In this document: in pieces, positions 12,601 to 24,256 of the stretch
Layout of the letters: the number at the start of each line of letters is the position of its first letter
Position numbering within the stretch: the stretch's first letter is position 1
Assembly: GCF_037042905.1 (NCBI RefSeq)
Contig: NC_087252.1
Location: forward strand, 9,550,001 to 9,614,000
Source of the DNA: Lytechinus pictus
Lineage: Eukaryota
Reading direction: 5' to 3'
DNA: 64,000 nucleotides
Notes under the pieces: model-generated
The model's input: only the letters and a program-made list of their open reading frames with translations
What the model was told of the DNA's origin: nothing
The model's database searches: none
Program-made: the position numbers and the translations under genes

Positions 12601-15600
12601 CCTCTTTGTCTAGAACGGTAAGCCAGATATTGCTGAGTTGGAGGCCGCTGTCTTGAGGAACAGTGTTATGTTCCTCAATCTCCAACGCTTCTCTGACTCT
12701 CCGTTGATACCAGTAGGGGACACGGGTGACTAGTCTACTCTCATCCCAAAGAATCCGGTGATCATGCGTATGGGCATGATCGATGATTGCAGATTTTTCC
12801 CTCTCGTCTCTCCTACCATGGGCCTTGTGTTCCTTAATCCGAGTGTTGAAGGAACGACCCGTCTCTCCGATGTATACGGCACTCCGATGCATACGGCACT
12901 CCGACAGAGTATATAAGGCCTGCTTTTACAAACTTTGCTCATTCTCCTGAGGACGACAAGAACACACTTGTCGAAACGTCGAGATTGGGTGGTCCTTTTC
13001 AGGACCAACATATGCCCAAGAAAGAATACATGGTGTACCGTGAAACCTACTACACTATATCAAATTTACTTTGCAATATATATATTATAATATACACATT
13101 TGTAAATTGACGTCTTCATCCTGTGCTACAATTGTTATGCGCATGAAAGTACGAATTAATTTAAATGTCGCAATATCGGAGCAATTTACGGCGGAGCCGA
13201 TGTCGGCGGAGCAAACATTGACGGAGCAGATATCGGCGGAGCAATTGTCGCGATGCAATTTTCGGCGGAGCAGATGTCGGCGGAGCAATTATCGGCGGAG
13301 CAGATGTCGGCGGAGCAAATATCGGCGGAGCAATTGTCGTATAATCGGAGCAGATGTCGGCGGAGCAATTTTCGGCGGAGCAGATGTCGGCGGAGCAAAT
13401 ATCGGCGGAGCATATGTCGACGGAGCAAATATCGGCGGAGCAAGTGTCGACGGAGCAAATATCGGCGGAGCAAGTGTCGACGGATCAACTGTCGGCGGAG
13501 CAACTGTCCGGAGCAATTGTCGGCGGAGCAGTTGTCGTATTTTGCGTAGCAGTTGTCGGCGGAGCAGATGTCGGCGGAGCAATTGTCGGGTCACCCGCCC
13601 TCCCCCCGGTTTGATGAGTTGATGATTCGTACCCTTTGGAAATTACACCATTACACTTATTTCAATAACAGAAAAACATTATTGATTTCTTTCTCTCTCC
13701 ATTCTTGACATACCTCCCAAGTAGATTCCTTAGGAGCTCCACTATCCTCATCCAGCAGATTGCCTTCATATGGACCGAACATTGTCCCCTTCTCTACCAA
13801 TCCAGTTGCGATCACACCCCTGATATTCTCCTTGTCATCTGAATCAAACTTAAAATGTAAGAAATCTGGCAAATCTGCTCCTGGCGTCTTCTCCTCCCCT
13901 TTGGACTTCTCTCTCGACTTCCGTCCTCTCGAGTTAAAGACACTTTGTGATACAAACAAATTCTTCTGCAAAGCGGATGATGGTGTGAGGATGTTTGGTG
14001 TTCTGGATTGTGAGGTAGTGTTTGGTGGGACGATGGTCGGATGGGATAGAACGGTCTGACGGATGGAGGAGATGGTGGAGGGAAAGGTTGAGGTAGGCGC
14101 AGTGATTGACTGAAGACGGAGATGAGCAGAAGTGAGAGAGTTTGGAGCGTCGGGTTGCTCTTTGCTGATGATTCCACTGCTGGCTGCAGGATCGAGAGGG
14201 GTAATCACAGGGGTGTGGTCACTGGTGATAACTGGTGGAGGGGTGAAGATACCAGCCTGACAGGTGGTAGGAGAGGTAGAGGATGGGAAGCCTGATGATT
14301 GGGTGGTAGGTTGGAGTAAAGTGACATGTTGAAGGCCCGGAGAATAATTAACAGGATGGTCACTGGAGGCTTGAAGACTTGTGTTGGCATTTGGATGTAC
14401 AGATCCTGCACCCGACACAAAAAAAATCAAAATGATGTAGTCATATGGCAGCTGAGGACATGCATGCCAATGCATTTTGATGGGTTGGCAGATGCCTTCA
14501 GAAGTGCAAGCAGACTTTGATTTTAAGCCTTCATTTCAGTCAAGAAAAAAACAAGACCAGAAAAATGATAGACCTGGCCTGTTTCATAAAGGACTTACAA
14601 CTGTTTATGGCAACTACCATGGTAGCAGGGCTCATCAGCCAATCAGAATCAAGGTTACCATGGTAGTTGCCATAAAGGCAAAGTTACAGCAGTTGCAAGT
14701 CCTTTATGAAATGGGCCCCTGGGGTCTGTCTCATCTATGGCAAAATTGTAATTATGGCAACCATGGTCTTAAATTACTCAACAGCCAATCATTGAAAATG
14801 ACCTTTGACCTTACCATGTGACCTCTGACTGCAGCATAACATGCACGTCTCCTAAGTCCATCTACCATCCTAGTTTGGTTGAAAAGTGACTTACGGTTGC
14901 GGAGTTAGGTGTCATAAGATAGTCTTGCATGTAAACTTTAATGTTGACCTGAAAATGACCTTTGACCTTACCATGTGACCTCCAACTGCAACATAACATG
15001 CAGGTCCCCCTAGTCTATCTACCATCCAAGTTTGGTTGAAAAGTGACTTACAGTTGCGGAGTTGTGTCATAAGATAGTCTTGCATGTAAACTTTAATGTT
15101 GACTTGAAAATGTTCTTTGACCTTACCATGTGTGTGACCTCTGACTGCAGCATAACATGCACGTCCCCCAAGTCCATCTACCATCCAAGTTTGGTTGAAA
15201 AGTGACTTACAGTTGCAGAGTTGTGTCATAAGATAGTCTTGCATGTAAACTTTAATGTTGACCTGAAAATGACCTTTGAACTTTAATACCAAGTGACCTC
15301 TGACTGCAGCATAACATGCACGTCCCCTAAGTCCATCTACCATCCTAGTTTGGTTGAAAAGTGACTTACGGTTGCGGAGTTAGGTGTCATACGATAGTCT
15401 TGCATGAAAACTTTAATGTTGACCTGAAAATGTTCTTTGACCTTACCATGTGACCTCTGACTGCAGCATAACATGCACGTCCCCCAAGTCCATCTACCAT
15501 CCAAGTTTGGTTGAAAAGTGACTTACGGTTGCGGAGTTAGGTGTCATTAGAGAGTCTTGCATGTAAACTTTAATGTTGACCTGAAAATGATCTTTGACCT

Positions 15601-16041
15601 TACCATGTGACCTCTGACTGCAGCATAACATGCACGTCCCCCAAGTCCATCTACTATCCAAGTTTGGTTGAAAAGTGACTTACGGTTGCGGAGTTATGTG
15701 TCATAAGGTTTGGGACGGACGGCCGACATTTGGATCCCTAAGTCTCGCCTTCACCTCTGGTGGGCGAGACAAAAACAAACAAACTTACCAGTATAAATGG
15801 AACGGAGCATAACCTGGCCATTTCCAAACTCTTCCCTATTCCTCAACGGCTCTACCTGGTCAACCATGAACGGGGGTTGCTGTGGTGAGATGTGGAATGG
15901 GATCTGGTAGTGTTGTAGGTGTTGCTGCTGTAACTGGGGATGATGGAGAGTGTTGGGGGGATGACGTTGATCCTTGTCTCTCTCACCAGACGGATAAAAA
16001 CCCTGACGATAGCTTGGATCCATGTTACATTCCTTTATCAT
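2188..16041 (-). CDS. PR/SET-domain C2H2 zinc-finger protein (PRDM family), 4 coding exons, ~899 aa
   Basis: Exons 16041-15789, 14405-13714, 4340-4088 and 3689-2188 join with GT/AG sites in phases 1,0,1 (2700 nt). The PR domain (GTMFGPYEG...WE|LC...SYVQCARNESEQNLEA...VYFRAMKTIEPGDELKVFYS) is split by a 9.4-kb intron. 12 C2H2 fingers are in the last exon. The start could be ATG 16041 or 16023. Confidence 0.88.
4088..4340 (-). CDS. PRDM-type gene exon: C-terminal part of the PR/SET domain
   Basis: YVQCARNESEQNLEAIQ...IEPGDELKVFY matches the PR-domain motif; flanked by cag and gtagg. Confidence 0.9.
4938..5243. mobile_element. ~310-bp MITE (GGCCCGTATTCTGAAGTC TIR family)
   Basis: TIR ..TATTCTGAAGTCGGGTTT / AAACCCGACTTCAGAATAC; further copies at 31325-31635 and 31664-34998. 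Confidence 0.78.
5923..11033 (+). mobile_element. Non-autonomous repeat with periodic CTCGCGCTTCGCGCTCGCA motifs, interrupted by the LINE
   Basis: Imperfect ends CATAGGCGGATCCAG and (rc) CAGGGGCTGATCTAG next to G/C tracts; the motif recurs about every 100-200 bp on both sides of the LINE. Confidence 0.55.
6508..9670 (+). mobile_element. CR1/L2-group LINE (APE endonuclease + RT ORF2), 5'-truncated, one frameshifting deletion
   Basis: ORFs 6504-8264 and 8254-9321 carry LNETL, GGGVA, LGDFN, IDLIF and SDH (APE), and YRPISIL, QSGFR, GVPQGSILGP and YADD (RT). 3' UTR ends in (AAAT)n at ~9648-9670; possible TSD AATGA. Confidence 0.93.
11978..12134. mobile_element. Small MITE
   Basis: 15-bp TIR CAGGGGCCGCGGAAC / GTTCCGCGGCCCCTG. 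Confidence 0.7.
12264..12311 (-). ncRNA. Minimal type I hammerhead ribozyme (second copy, GUU site)
   Basis: Reverse complement: cauucuc-CUGAGGA-c-gacaag(aacaca)cuuguc-GAAA-cg-UU^-gagauug. Confidence 0.75.
12940..12987 (+). ncRNA. Minimal type I hammerhead ribozyme
   Basis: cauucuc-CUGAGGA-c-gacaag(aacaca)cuuguc-GAAA-cg-UC^-gagauug. Confidence 0.8.
13714..14405 (-). CDS. PRDM-type gene exon: S/T/P-rich region plus N-terminal PR domain
   Basis: ORF 13657-14475 ends GVIATGLVEKGTMFGPYEG...STWE followed by a gtatg donor. Confidence 0.85.
14790..15775 (+). repeat. ~157-bp tandem array (~6 units) in a Helentron/HINE (pearl/Tsp-like) non-autonomous element
   Basis: Unit GAAAATGACCTTTGACCTTACCATGTGACC...; ends with GGACGGACGG then hairpin GTCTCGCC...GGCGAGAC followed by AAAAA. 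Confidence 0.8.
15789..16041 (-). CDS. PRDM-type gene, probable first coding exon (Q/H/P-rich)
   Basis: Acceptor at 16056-16054, in-frame upstream stop, gtaag donor at 15788; phase 1 fits the next exon. Confidence 0.65.
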
Positions 16042-16964
16042 TCACAATGGGATCTGAAAGAGAAGAGAAAATTTGTGTTAATGGACCATGTGATAAGAGA
16101 TGGAAGATTGCCAAACCTAATTGCTGCAGCCCACAGGGTATGATGGTAGAGGTCAAACATTACAATACAGGGAGAGTGAAGCACTTGGTTTGATGATGTT
16201 GAAAAATAGAATAATCTTTTGTTATAAAGAGGTTCAAACAAGAGTTTGGGAAACAAAAGGTGATAAAGATACAGAGCCAACACCAAAATGTGATTAAAGA
16301 TGGAAGATAGCAAAACTTGCTGCAGCCCACAGGGTATGGTGGTAGAGATCAAACATTACAATACAGGGATAGTGAAGCACTTGGTATGAAGATGTTTGAA
16401 AATTGACTTATCTTTTGTTATAAAGAGGTTAAAACAAGAGTTTGGGAGACAGAAGGTGAAAAAGATAGAGAGCCAACACCAAAACGTTTTTCCCCTTCTT
16501 TTTTATTTTGTTATGAAAAGCAGAGAAGGCTTTGTTTTGTTAATAAAGAGAAATTATTCAAAAAACAAAACAAAAAACCTGGGTCTCTAGTAAGATTGGA
16601 AATAAAATATGATCTTTAATCCCCTTTTACAGGGATGGTACTAAAGTTAGACGGAAATTCCTTGTCTGCTGAGCTGCTCCATTTAATATTTTGATCTCTT
16701 ACTCCTTCACAATCACAGACAGAATATTTAATGTGTAAACTCTGAACCCCCTACACACCAACTCAATGAACGCTTGCGGCCTCGCGCTCGCCACTGCATT
16801 GACATTTTCGGCAGAGCTGCTTGCATGAATATTCTGGCGTAAAGCCTAAAGACCATATTTACACACAAGATTCAAACGTAATAAGTGGGAAATAAGGCAA
16901 GTGAAAAACAATGGAACTAAACTAGTAGGGATTTAGGCTCTGGACAGTCTAAATATACAATGGA

Positions 16965-17420
16965 CTTAGACTAGTTTTCTGGAAACCAGTTCAGGAAACC
17001 AGTTTGGAAGATCGCTTTGCTAGCATTCCCATTTGATCACCCGAAAGTGGTTTTCATTTCAAAACCACTTCACAGAAAGCATTTCTGTAGCTATTAAAAA
17101 ACATTTGAAGCCAACTCACCCATTGACTTTTTGGACACATGTCTACAGATCAAATCTAGTGCCATTGCCTATCCTACCATACATGTACCCTATGGGTACG
17201 CTCTCAGCTCCGCGCGAAATTTGAAACTGCAGCGTAGGTATTCTCCACATGCCATGGTGCGAAGATCGCTTCCCGAAGAACGGTTATGGCGATCTTCCAG
17301 TTCAAAACTACATCGCGAGGTGGTTTTCTGATCTGGTTTGGAAGATCGCTTTCAAGACCACTAAAACACTAAACCGGTTTCCACTAAACTAGTTTTAAGA
17401 ACGGTAGTGAGAATGGTGTC
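16965..17420. repeat. Dispersed repeat; inverted relative at ~26645-27165
   Basis: Shared GAAGATCGCTTTGCT, TTTGATCACCCGAAAGTGGTTTTCA and GTAGTGAGAATGGTGTC segments. Confidence 0.7.
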
Positions 17421-17897
17421 TTAGTTTGCCAACACTCCAAGTCTGAGATATATTTGAGAACTGAAGTGAAGCATGTTACATATAATTTACATGACCTAGA
17501 TTACTTTGGAAAGGATACCAGTATGTAAAAAAGAACAGTAGTTTACAGATTATAAGAATCACGAGAATCAACCAAAATAAATATGTTAAGCACTTATTAA
17601 AATCTTGAGCCAGCAATTGGCTAAATTGGTAGGGCATATCCGTCTCATAACCAGTAGAGGTGCTGGTCCAAAAATTGGGATTGTCCCAGAAAAACAAGGA
17701 TATCCTCATAAACCAAGACAAATAATGTCTTGATAAATTGAGACTGTCCTTGTTTATGGGGATGTTTTATTTCATTTCCCCCTAAGGCCCTAGGGGTCAA
17801 ACTCACAAAGACATCAATTACGGGAATCGAGAGTGCTAAAAATAGATTCAGTGACCTCAATTCCCCCCCAGTTCACCGTCTATTTTGCATGACTTAC

Positions 17898-18240
17898 CGT
17901 CTTCCAATAATCTTGTTATGAAACCTGATATGTTTACATTGACTAGCGCACTTGATTGGTGTCGGCACTTGACAGGAGAATGAAGATTTCTTGTGTAAAA
18001 AATCTTTAAAAACTGAGACAGTCCCTGTGAACTGGGACGATCCCAATTTTCTGACCAGCGCCTCCGGCTCTACTGACAACCGGGAGTTTAAACCCCGGCC
18101 ACGTCAGACCAAAAGATGTTATTGTTAAAACTAAAAGATGGGAGTTGCTGCTGGTTGCTTCTACCCCCGTCTCGATCGGCCATTTTTGTTAAAAATTGTA
18201 ACAAAATGGCCGATCGAGACTATGGGGTAGAGGAGAGAAC
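17898..18240 (-). promoter_or_regulatory. Probable 5' UTR exon and promoter of the PRDM gene
   Basis: G|gtaagt donor at 17897, locally CpG-richer sequence, and an inverted pair of AAAATGGCCG (YY1-like) motifs at ~18178-18213. Confidence 0.45.
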
Positions 18241-19179
18241 TTTTCGTTTTTTTGACGAATTTGAGGTTCCAGTCTGTGCCCAGGCCCCACTCCTAGTACC
18301 TATGAGGTCCAAACATTACATGTATGGACCTCAGACATAGGCGACATCTGTACTTTTTTGGGTTAGAAATCTTTGTGAAGATGATTAGGCCCTATTTCAG
18401 TATTTGTGTATTATATCACAAGTATGACTATGAGCTTTATCATTGTCTGTTTATTAAATTTTTTATCTAATATTGTAAATGCTTTGTTAGCAATTAAAAA
18501 AAATGAAAGAAATGAAGGGGAACTTACATTTTGACGACTTTTTCCTGATTTTATTGCCAGTTGCTCTTCACTTCTGACTCGCGATCGCAGCTGATATGCA
18601 GATCATGTGATACACAATTCTGAGTACACGGGACTGAGCTTTGCAATCTATTCCTGGCAAAGCCAGAGCAAATTGGGGAGGGGTGAAAAATAATGATCAT
18701 ATATTAACCAGGGGTCTCACAACAACAATCAAGAAGTTTGAGATAGACAGCAATGAACATTCAGAATTTCATGACCAGTGCAATTATGAGGGAAATATAA
18801 TAATACTAATACAAATGTACATTGTCATGACATGCAGAAATAAATAAATAAATAATAAAAAAAAATAACTCACACGACAGTAATCCTGATTGAAGTTGCC
18901 GACAATTTTGATTACCTATGCATGATGATTGAAGTTAGCTGACTAATTGCTACCAGGCTGGGCACTGGTATCAAAAGTTGAATTAAAGCTAGACTAGACA
19001 TTTACAAAATAATAATATTAATATATACAGGGGCGGATCTAGGATTTTCCAAAAGGGGGAGGGGCACATCTTCCCGATGAAAATTTGACAAGCAAAAGTA
19101 AAAATAATAAGGTCCTCACTTTCAAAAGGGGGGCACACTTGATGGCCGGGTAAAAACCACTCATTCAATGAACAATTAA

Positions 19180-19761
19180 AGGAGAATGAAACCCTTGGAG
19201 CAAGTTAGCTTTTGTGAAAGCAGAAAAATCAAAGAATAAGATCAACAAAAGTTTGAGTAAAATATAGGACTAGCAATATAAGAATTATGAGCATTTGAAT
19301 GTCGAGATCACTAATGCTATGGAGATCCTCCCATTGGCAATGCGACCAAGATGTCACAGATGAACAACTCTCCCCTTTTGGACACTGAAAATATACCCCA
19401 AAACATCTTTTTTTGCTCATTCTAATCATATGACAAACGATTCATCAATTATATAATGTTGTGAAACCTCTGTACTTGTCCTCTCATAAAGAGAATTACA
19501 CCTCACCTTGTGATAGACTCTATAAAAGTGAGAATATAGGTGAAATAAGTACTAAAGTAATGAGGGAGTTGTACGTGTGTGACATCACAGATCTTGGTCG
19601 CATTGCCAATGGTAGGATCTACATGGCATTACTGATCTCAATATTCAAATGCTCATAACTTTCTTATTATTCATTCAATCTTCCTCAAACTTTCAACAAT
19701 ATGTTTATTTGATTTTTCTCTTTGATATGGATTCAGCTGGTTTCAAGGGTTTCATTCTCCT
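19180..19761. mobile_element. Kolobok-like TTAA MITE, family B
   Basis: TTAA|AGGAGAATGAAACCC...GGGTTTCATTCTCCT|TTAA; near-identical inverted copy at 24257-24839. Confidence 0.82.
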
Positions 19762-22513
19762 TTAAGGTTATGATATAATGGGAAAAAATAACATATTTAC
19801 TTTTAAAATTTTGATTATGGCTCTCAAAGGAGGGGGGCTGGGCAGGGGCCGGATTTGCCCCCCTCGAACCGCCAGTGAAATAAATATATATTACTGATCG
19901 ACCCCAGTTCATATTACTAAATTCTCAAAAGTAAGTTCTGAGCCTTTTAGGAAAAATTGGTTAGAACAGCCAGCCGATTATTTGCTAATATTTTTGGGAA
20001 TATATCTACCAGACCAAGTAAACAGTCAGATGTTTCTTTTTGTTGTTGATGTTCACTATTGTGAAAGTCAAATCTAATGGAACAAATGCAATTTTATCAA
20101 TTCATATAACTAAAATAAATATATATTAGCAAACAAAAGAAATATTCAAACTCATGACAAGAATTCAGTGCAGTGTACAGCCCTATACCATTAGACAACT
20201 ATTGACAGAAGATACTTCTCCACTTTCTCTATATCTGTTTGATATATAGCGCTATTCGAGGTATATGTTTCTTTCTATCTCCATGGTTTTACCAATTATA
20301 TAATAAGGTACTATGCATATTAAACCACCATTTTCACTTCATCCTGAATTGTTGGGTTCAAAGCATGTTTTGCTCCTATGGGAGTGGGATAAATTAACTA
20401 AAAGTTTTATATCCTCACTGCTCATGTTGACATGATTATCATTTTTTCTGAAATACATTCTTCTATAGGTCCATTAGATGGTTTCTGTTGGTCCAACATA
20501 ATTTATATTCAACCAACAGAAATGTTCTGTTGGTCCATCAGCATTTTTCTGTTGGTGGATGTTGGTCCAATAGGTATATTTTCTAATGGTTCTGTTGGTC
20601 CCATATTTCAGAAACCATTAGACTCCAACAGCTCTAATGGTTTCTGATTGGGATGATGGTCCATTAGGCTATTGGACCCTAATGGAATTTGGTCCTGGGA
20701 TGTGAGTGAACAAAGAAATCTAGGGAGCAAAATAGGTGCAGAAAGAGTTGTGATAAAACACACACACAAAAAAATCAAGTGCAAGTACCTACTTAGCACT
20801 TTATATTGATTGAAAGTCAAGTTGAGTATGATTTTTGGAGTTGCATTTGATCACAACTCTTTCTGCAATAAGCCTAAGGAGTGCTTAAATAACACAATTG
20901 ACTTAGAGTAAGATTGCCATATGGAATTAAAGAAATTTTACAAAAAACATAGAACTCAAACCATTGTGTACTGCATGGAGCATTCTTTTATTCTGCATCT
21001 TGCCACGTTCTGACAGTATTTTTACAAAGTGTAGAAAAATACAATTTACACAAAATATTGACATTAAACCTGACATATTTCAGTTTTAAATTAAATTCAC
21101 ATAATTTCTTGAAATTATATATATTCTTATACATAACAAGATAATCATTATAACCATATACTTTATTTGCTAATTACATAATCAAACATAATATATTGAA
21201 TAACAGTTAAAGGACAATGAGATGGATACACTTTTAGTTTAATTTCCTGACACATACAATAAATTCCAATTCAAACCTTTCTAGATATCTACTTTAAAAA
21301 AATATATATATTTATATATATTCCCCTTTCCTCAAGGTCACAAAATCATTTTACTTCTACTTTTGAAATGATAGTTGTTATTTTAAAGCAACATAATAGG
21401 AGCTACTGACACACAAAACAAAAAAAAGAAAATATTCGAACTGTAAATTACCAATTTCTTTGTGGTCTATGTTGGACCTTAAAAAGTAAAGTTTGGTTTT
21501 GATAACAATCATAAAGTTAGTTTTAACAGTAAGAAAGTTATCATAAAGCATGGACTGGGTTGATTGATCGCTAAACTTAATGTTACAGGACCTACGCAAG
21601 GGTTTTTCCAAGCTATAATCAATGCACGCAGAGCTTGTTTATTATGTCAAATGTACTTCACTTTCAGCCCTTTTCTATCTAGTTTGCACTATTTCACAGC
21701 AACTTGTAAAGCAATTTGCTTTCTAAATCTCAGGATAAGAAATTTCTTATCATCCCTTCTCTTATAATCATCAATTTCTTTAGAAGCTTTTCTATTTTGC
21801 TCACTTTAAACAAAACCTAATTGAAATAAAAAAGGAGATCTCCATATTCAGTAGATTCTGTATAAATTGACCTTCTACAAGTGAAATATTTGCCTATTAA
21901 ATCTAGGCATTTTATTCTGACCAGAATATGTAAAATTTTGTTATTCACATCTTGTAAGTCAAACGTCACCTTGGTCAAAAAGACTTCTGTGGAGATTTCA
22001 CTAAGGCGAAGTCACTGGTAAGTCAATCCTTTGCATAATAACTCGCCTAGCTATTTACCAACATAGAACAACGCATGTGCATGAAAAGAACAAAGAAGAA
22101 ATGCATTAATTGATTGCATAATAAAATAAAGCAGCCAATCGATCAGTATTTACATTAAAATCAAGATGTGAACAACCCTGTTCATGATGCTATTTGTACA
22201 CATAATTCGCTACACAAACAAAGCTTCCAGGATTATATGAAGACATTGCATATTATGGGAAGATATATCTTTGAAAAAAGGTGGGAAAATGTACCTACAC
22301 TTAGTGTAGAAAAAGACGTGTTTACAAAACATATTTATAAAAATATACTATGTACAATTTCACATGTCCTTCCTCCATATAGAAAATAACTCAATGACAC
22401 CAGTCCACGATATGTGCCATTATTCAGTGCACAGTGAGTGCCTTGCACTTTTATTTAAAGGCATGATATCTTTGCATCTGGCCGTGGAGCTAAAGGCTAA
22501 TATACAAACTTAA

Positions 22514-23103
22514 AGGACAAGTCCACCCCAACAAAAAGTTGATTTGAATAAAAGAGAAATATCCAACAAACATAATACTGAAAACTTCATCAAAATCGGA
22601 TGTAAAATAAGAAAGTTATGAATTTTTTAAGTTTCGCTTAATTTCACAAAACAGTTATATGCCCATTCTGGTCGGTATGCAAATGAGGGAACTGATGACA
22701 TCACTCACTCACTATTTCTTTTGCATTTTAATATATGAAATATTCAAATTTTCTCCTCATTGTCCTGTGAAACAAAGTTTTATTTCTCCCTGAACTTGTG
22801 GAATTACCATTGTTTAACATTTTATGGTTCAGTCAAGTTGGTCATTACTGTCAATTCTGAAAAATATAAATATTGTATGATACAAACTATAAAAAACAAA
22901 AGAAATAGTGAGGGATATCATTGATTCTCTCATTTGCATGTGACTAAATTGTGCATATAACTATTTTTTGAAAAATAAGCGAAACTTTAAAATGTCATAA
23001 CTTTCTTATTTTACATCCAATTTTGATGAAATTTTTAGGAATAGGCTTGTCTGATTTTTCTTTATGGATCCAAATCACCATTTTTCTGAGGTGGACTTGG
23101 CCT
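22514..23103. mobile_element. Kolobok-like TTAA MITE, family A
   Basis: Same TIR and TTAA TSD as 431-1035. Confidence 0.8.
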
Positions 23104-24256
23104 TTAACTACAGCTTATTTATGTGATGAATGCGAGGATTACCATTGAAAAGACACTTGCAAGATTCTTGCATGAGACGCGCCACTGACTTAGATGCTGA
23201 ACTCATATCATGATTGATTGAGATCCTGTCTCATAAAGACTCGTAATAATAATAACAAATGCACAATTTCAATATCAGCCAATCGGCTTGAAGGATTTCA
23301 GTAGCTTATAACTGTTATTGAACATTTGCTTATTTAGCAAGTCTTAGGACACAGGCCCCAAGTCACCAACTGGCACTACACAATACACAGTCAAATCACT
23401 GAAAGATGCTATATCTGTGGCAAGTTAACCACTTAATTGCTTTGGGCTATATACCATGCAATGACACCCAGACAGAGCTGCCAAACTAAACAAGAAAATT
23501 TCAGTATTTTAAAAGCTAAAAATCAGTATTTTGGTGGGAAAATCATTGAATATCATACACCATAGGACAACATATAACCTGAAAATTAAGCAATCAGCAT
23601 TTTGCATGACACCATCAGTTTTCTACTCATTTTCAGCAACTGTTACTGAAAAACAGTATTATATTATATTATATTATCAACAATGATGTATACAATATCA
23701 TATAGTCATCTGGAAATTGTAATTAATTAATCATCCCCACCATCTTACATCTGAACAGATCCTCCACATAGAGCCATCTTTGCTTTTTGTGCCATCAAAA
23801 TTATCCCCACTCATAATGTATTCCTAATGCAAGTTGCCAACTTGAATTGTGATGCGTATGTACACAATGTCCGAGCCTCTGCAAAGTCACAGCAAAACCC
23901 ACAAATATTTTATTTTATATGGTCATAATTTCAATATTCAGGCGATATATGAAAGGCAAAGTATGGGTATGACCACTGCAGTCCAGAAACAAATAAAGGA
24001 AGGCCACACAATACTCACCAAGCATAAGCATGTAATATTACATAGTCTGCACTCAAGAAGTTAAAACTATCAAAAGTCCTAAATACTGGCCTTGTATTGG
24101 ACACTTGAATGAAAACGGTACATATTAGCCTGAAAACAGTCTTAAACCATTTCTATATCATACATGCATAGCCAGCAAACCCATAGAGATACAACTCCTC
24201 CTACAAAAGATTTAGAATTATTTACTTGCATTCTTACGGCATAATATACATGTTAA

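Larger units (their letters stand above)
12193..13058 (-). mobile_element. Penelope-like retroelement 3' fragment (GIY-YIG endonuclease C-terminus) with inverted pseudo-LTRs
   Basis: ORF 12892-12584 reads YIGETGRSFNTRIKEH...SAIIDHA...H.I.W...RRVREALEI. ~170-bp inverted repeats at 12193-12363 and 12888-13058 show one mismatch seen by eye. Confidence 0.9.
5299..13595. mobile_element. Foldback (TU-like) transposon, 8.3 kb, with 15-bp-repeat inverted arms and an 8-bp TSD
   Basis: Termini GGTTCCATGACAATTGCTCCG and (rc) GGTGACCCGACAATTGCTCCG; exact TSD CGCCCTCC at 5291-5298 and 13596-13603; arms ~5299-5635 and ~13170-13595 built of TTGCTCCGCCGACAA-type units. Confidence 0.85.

Noticed and set aside
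14912..15343. 143-aa repetitive ORF
   Set aside because: Read-through of the 157-bp satellite.
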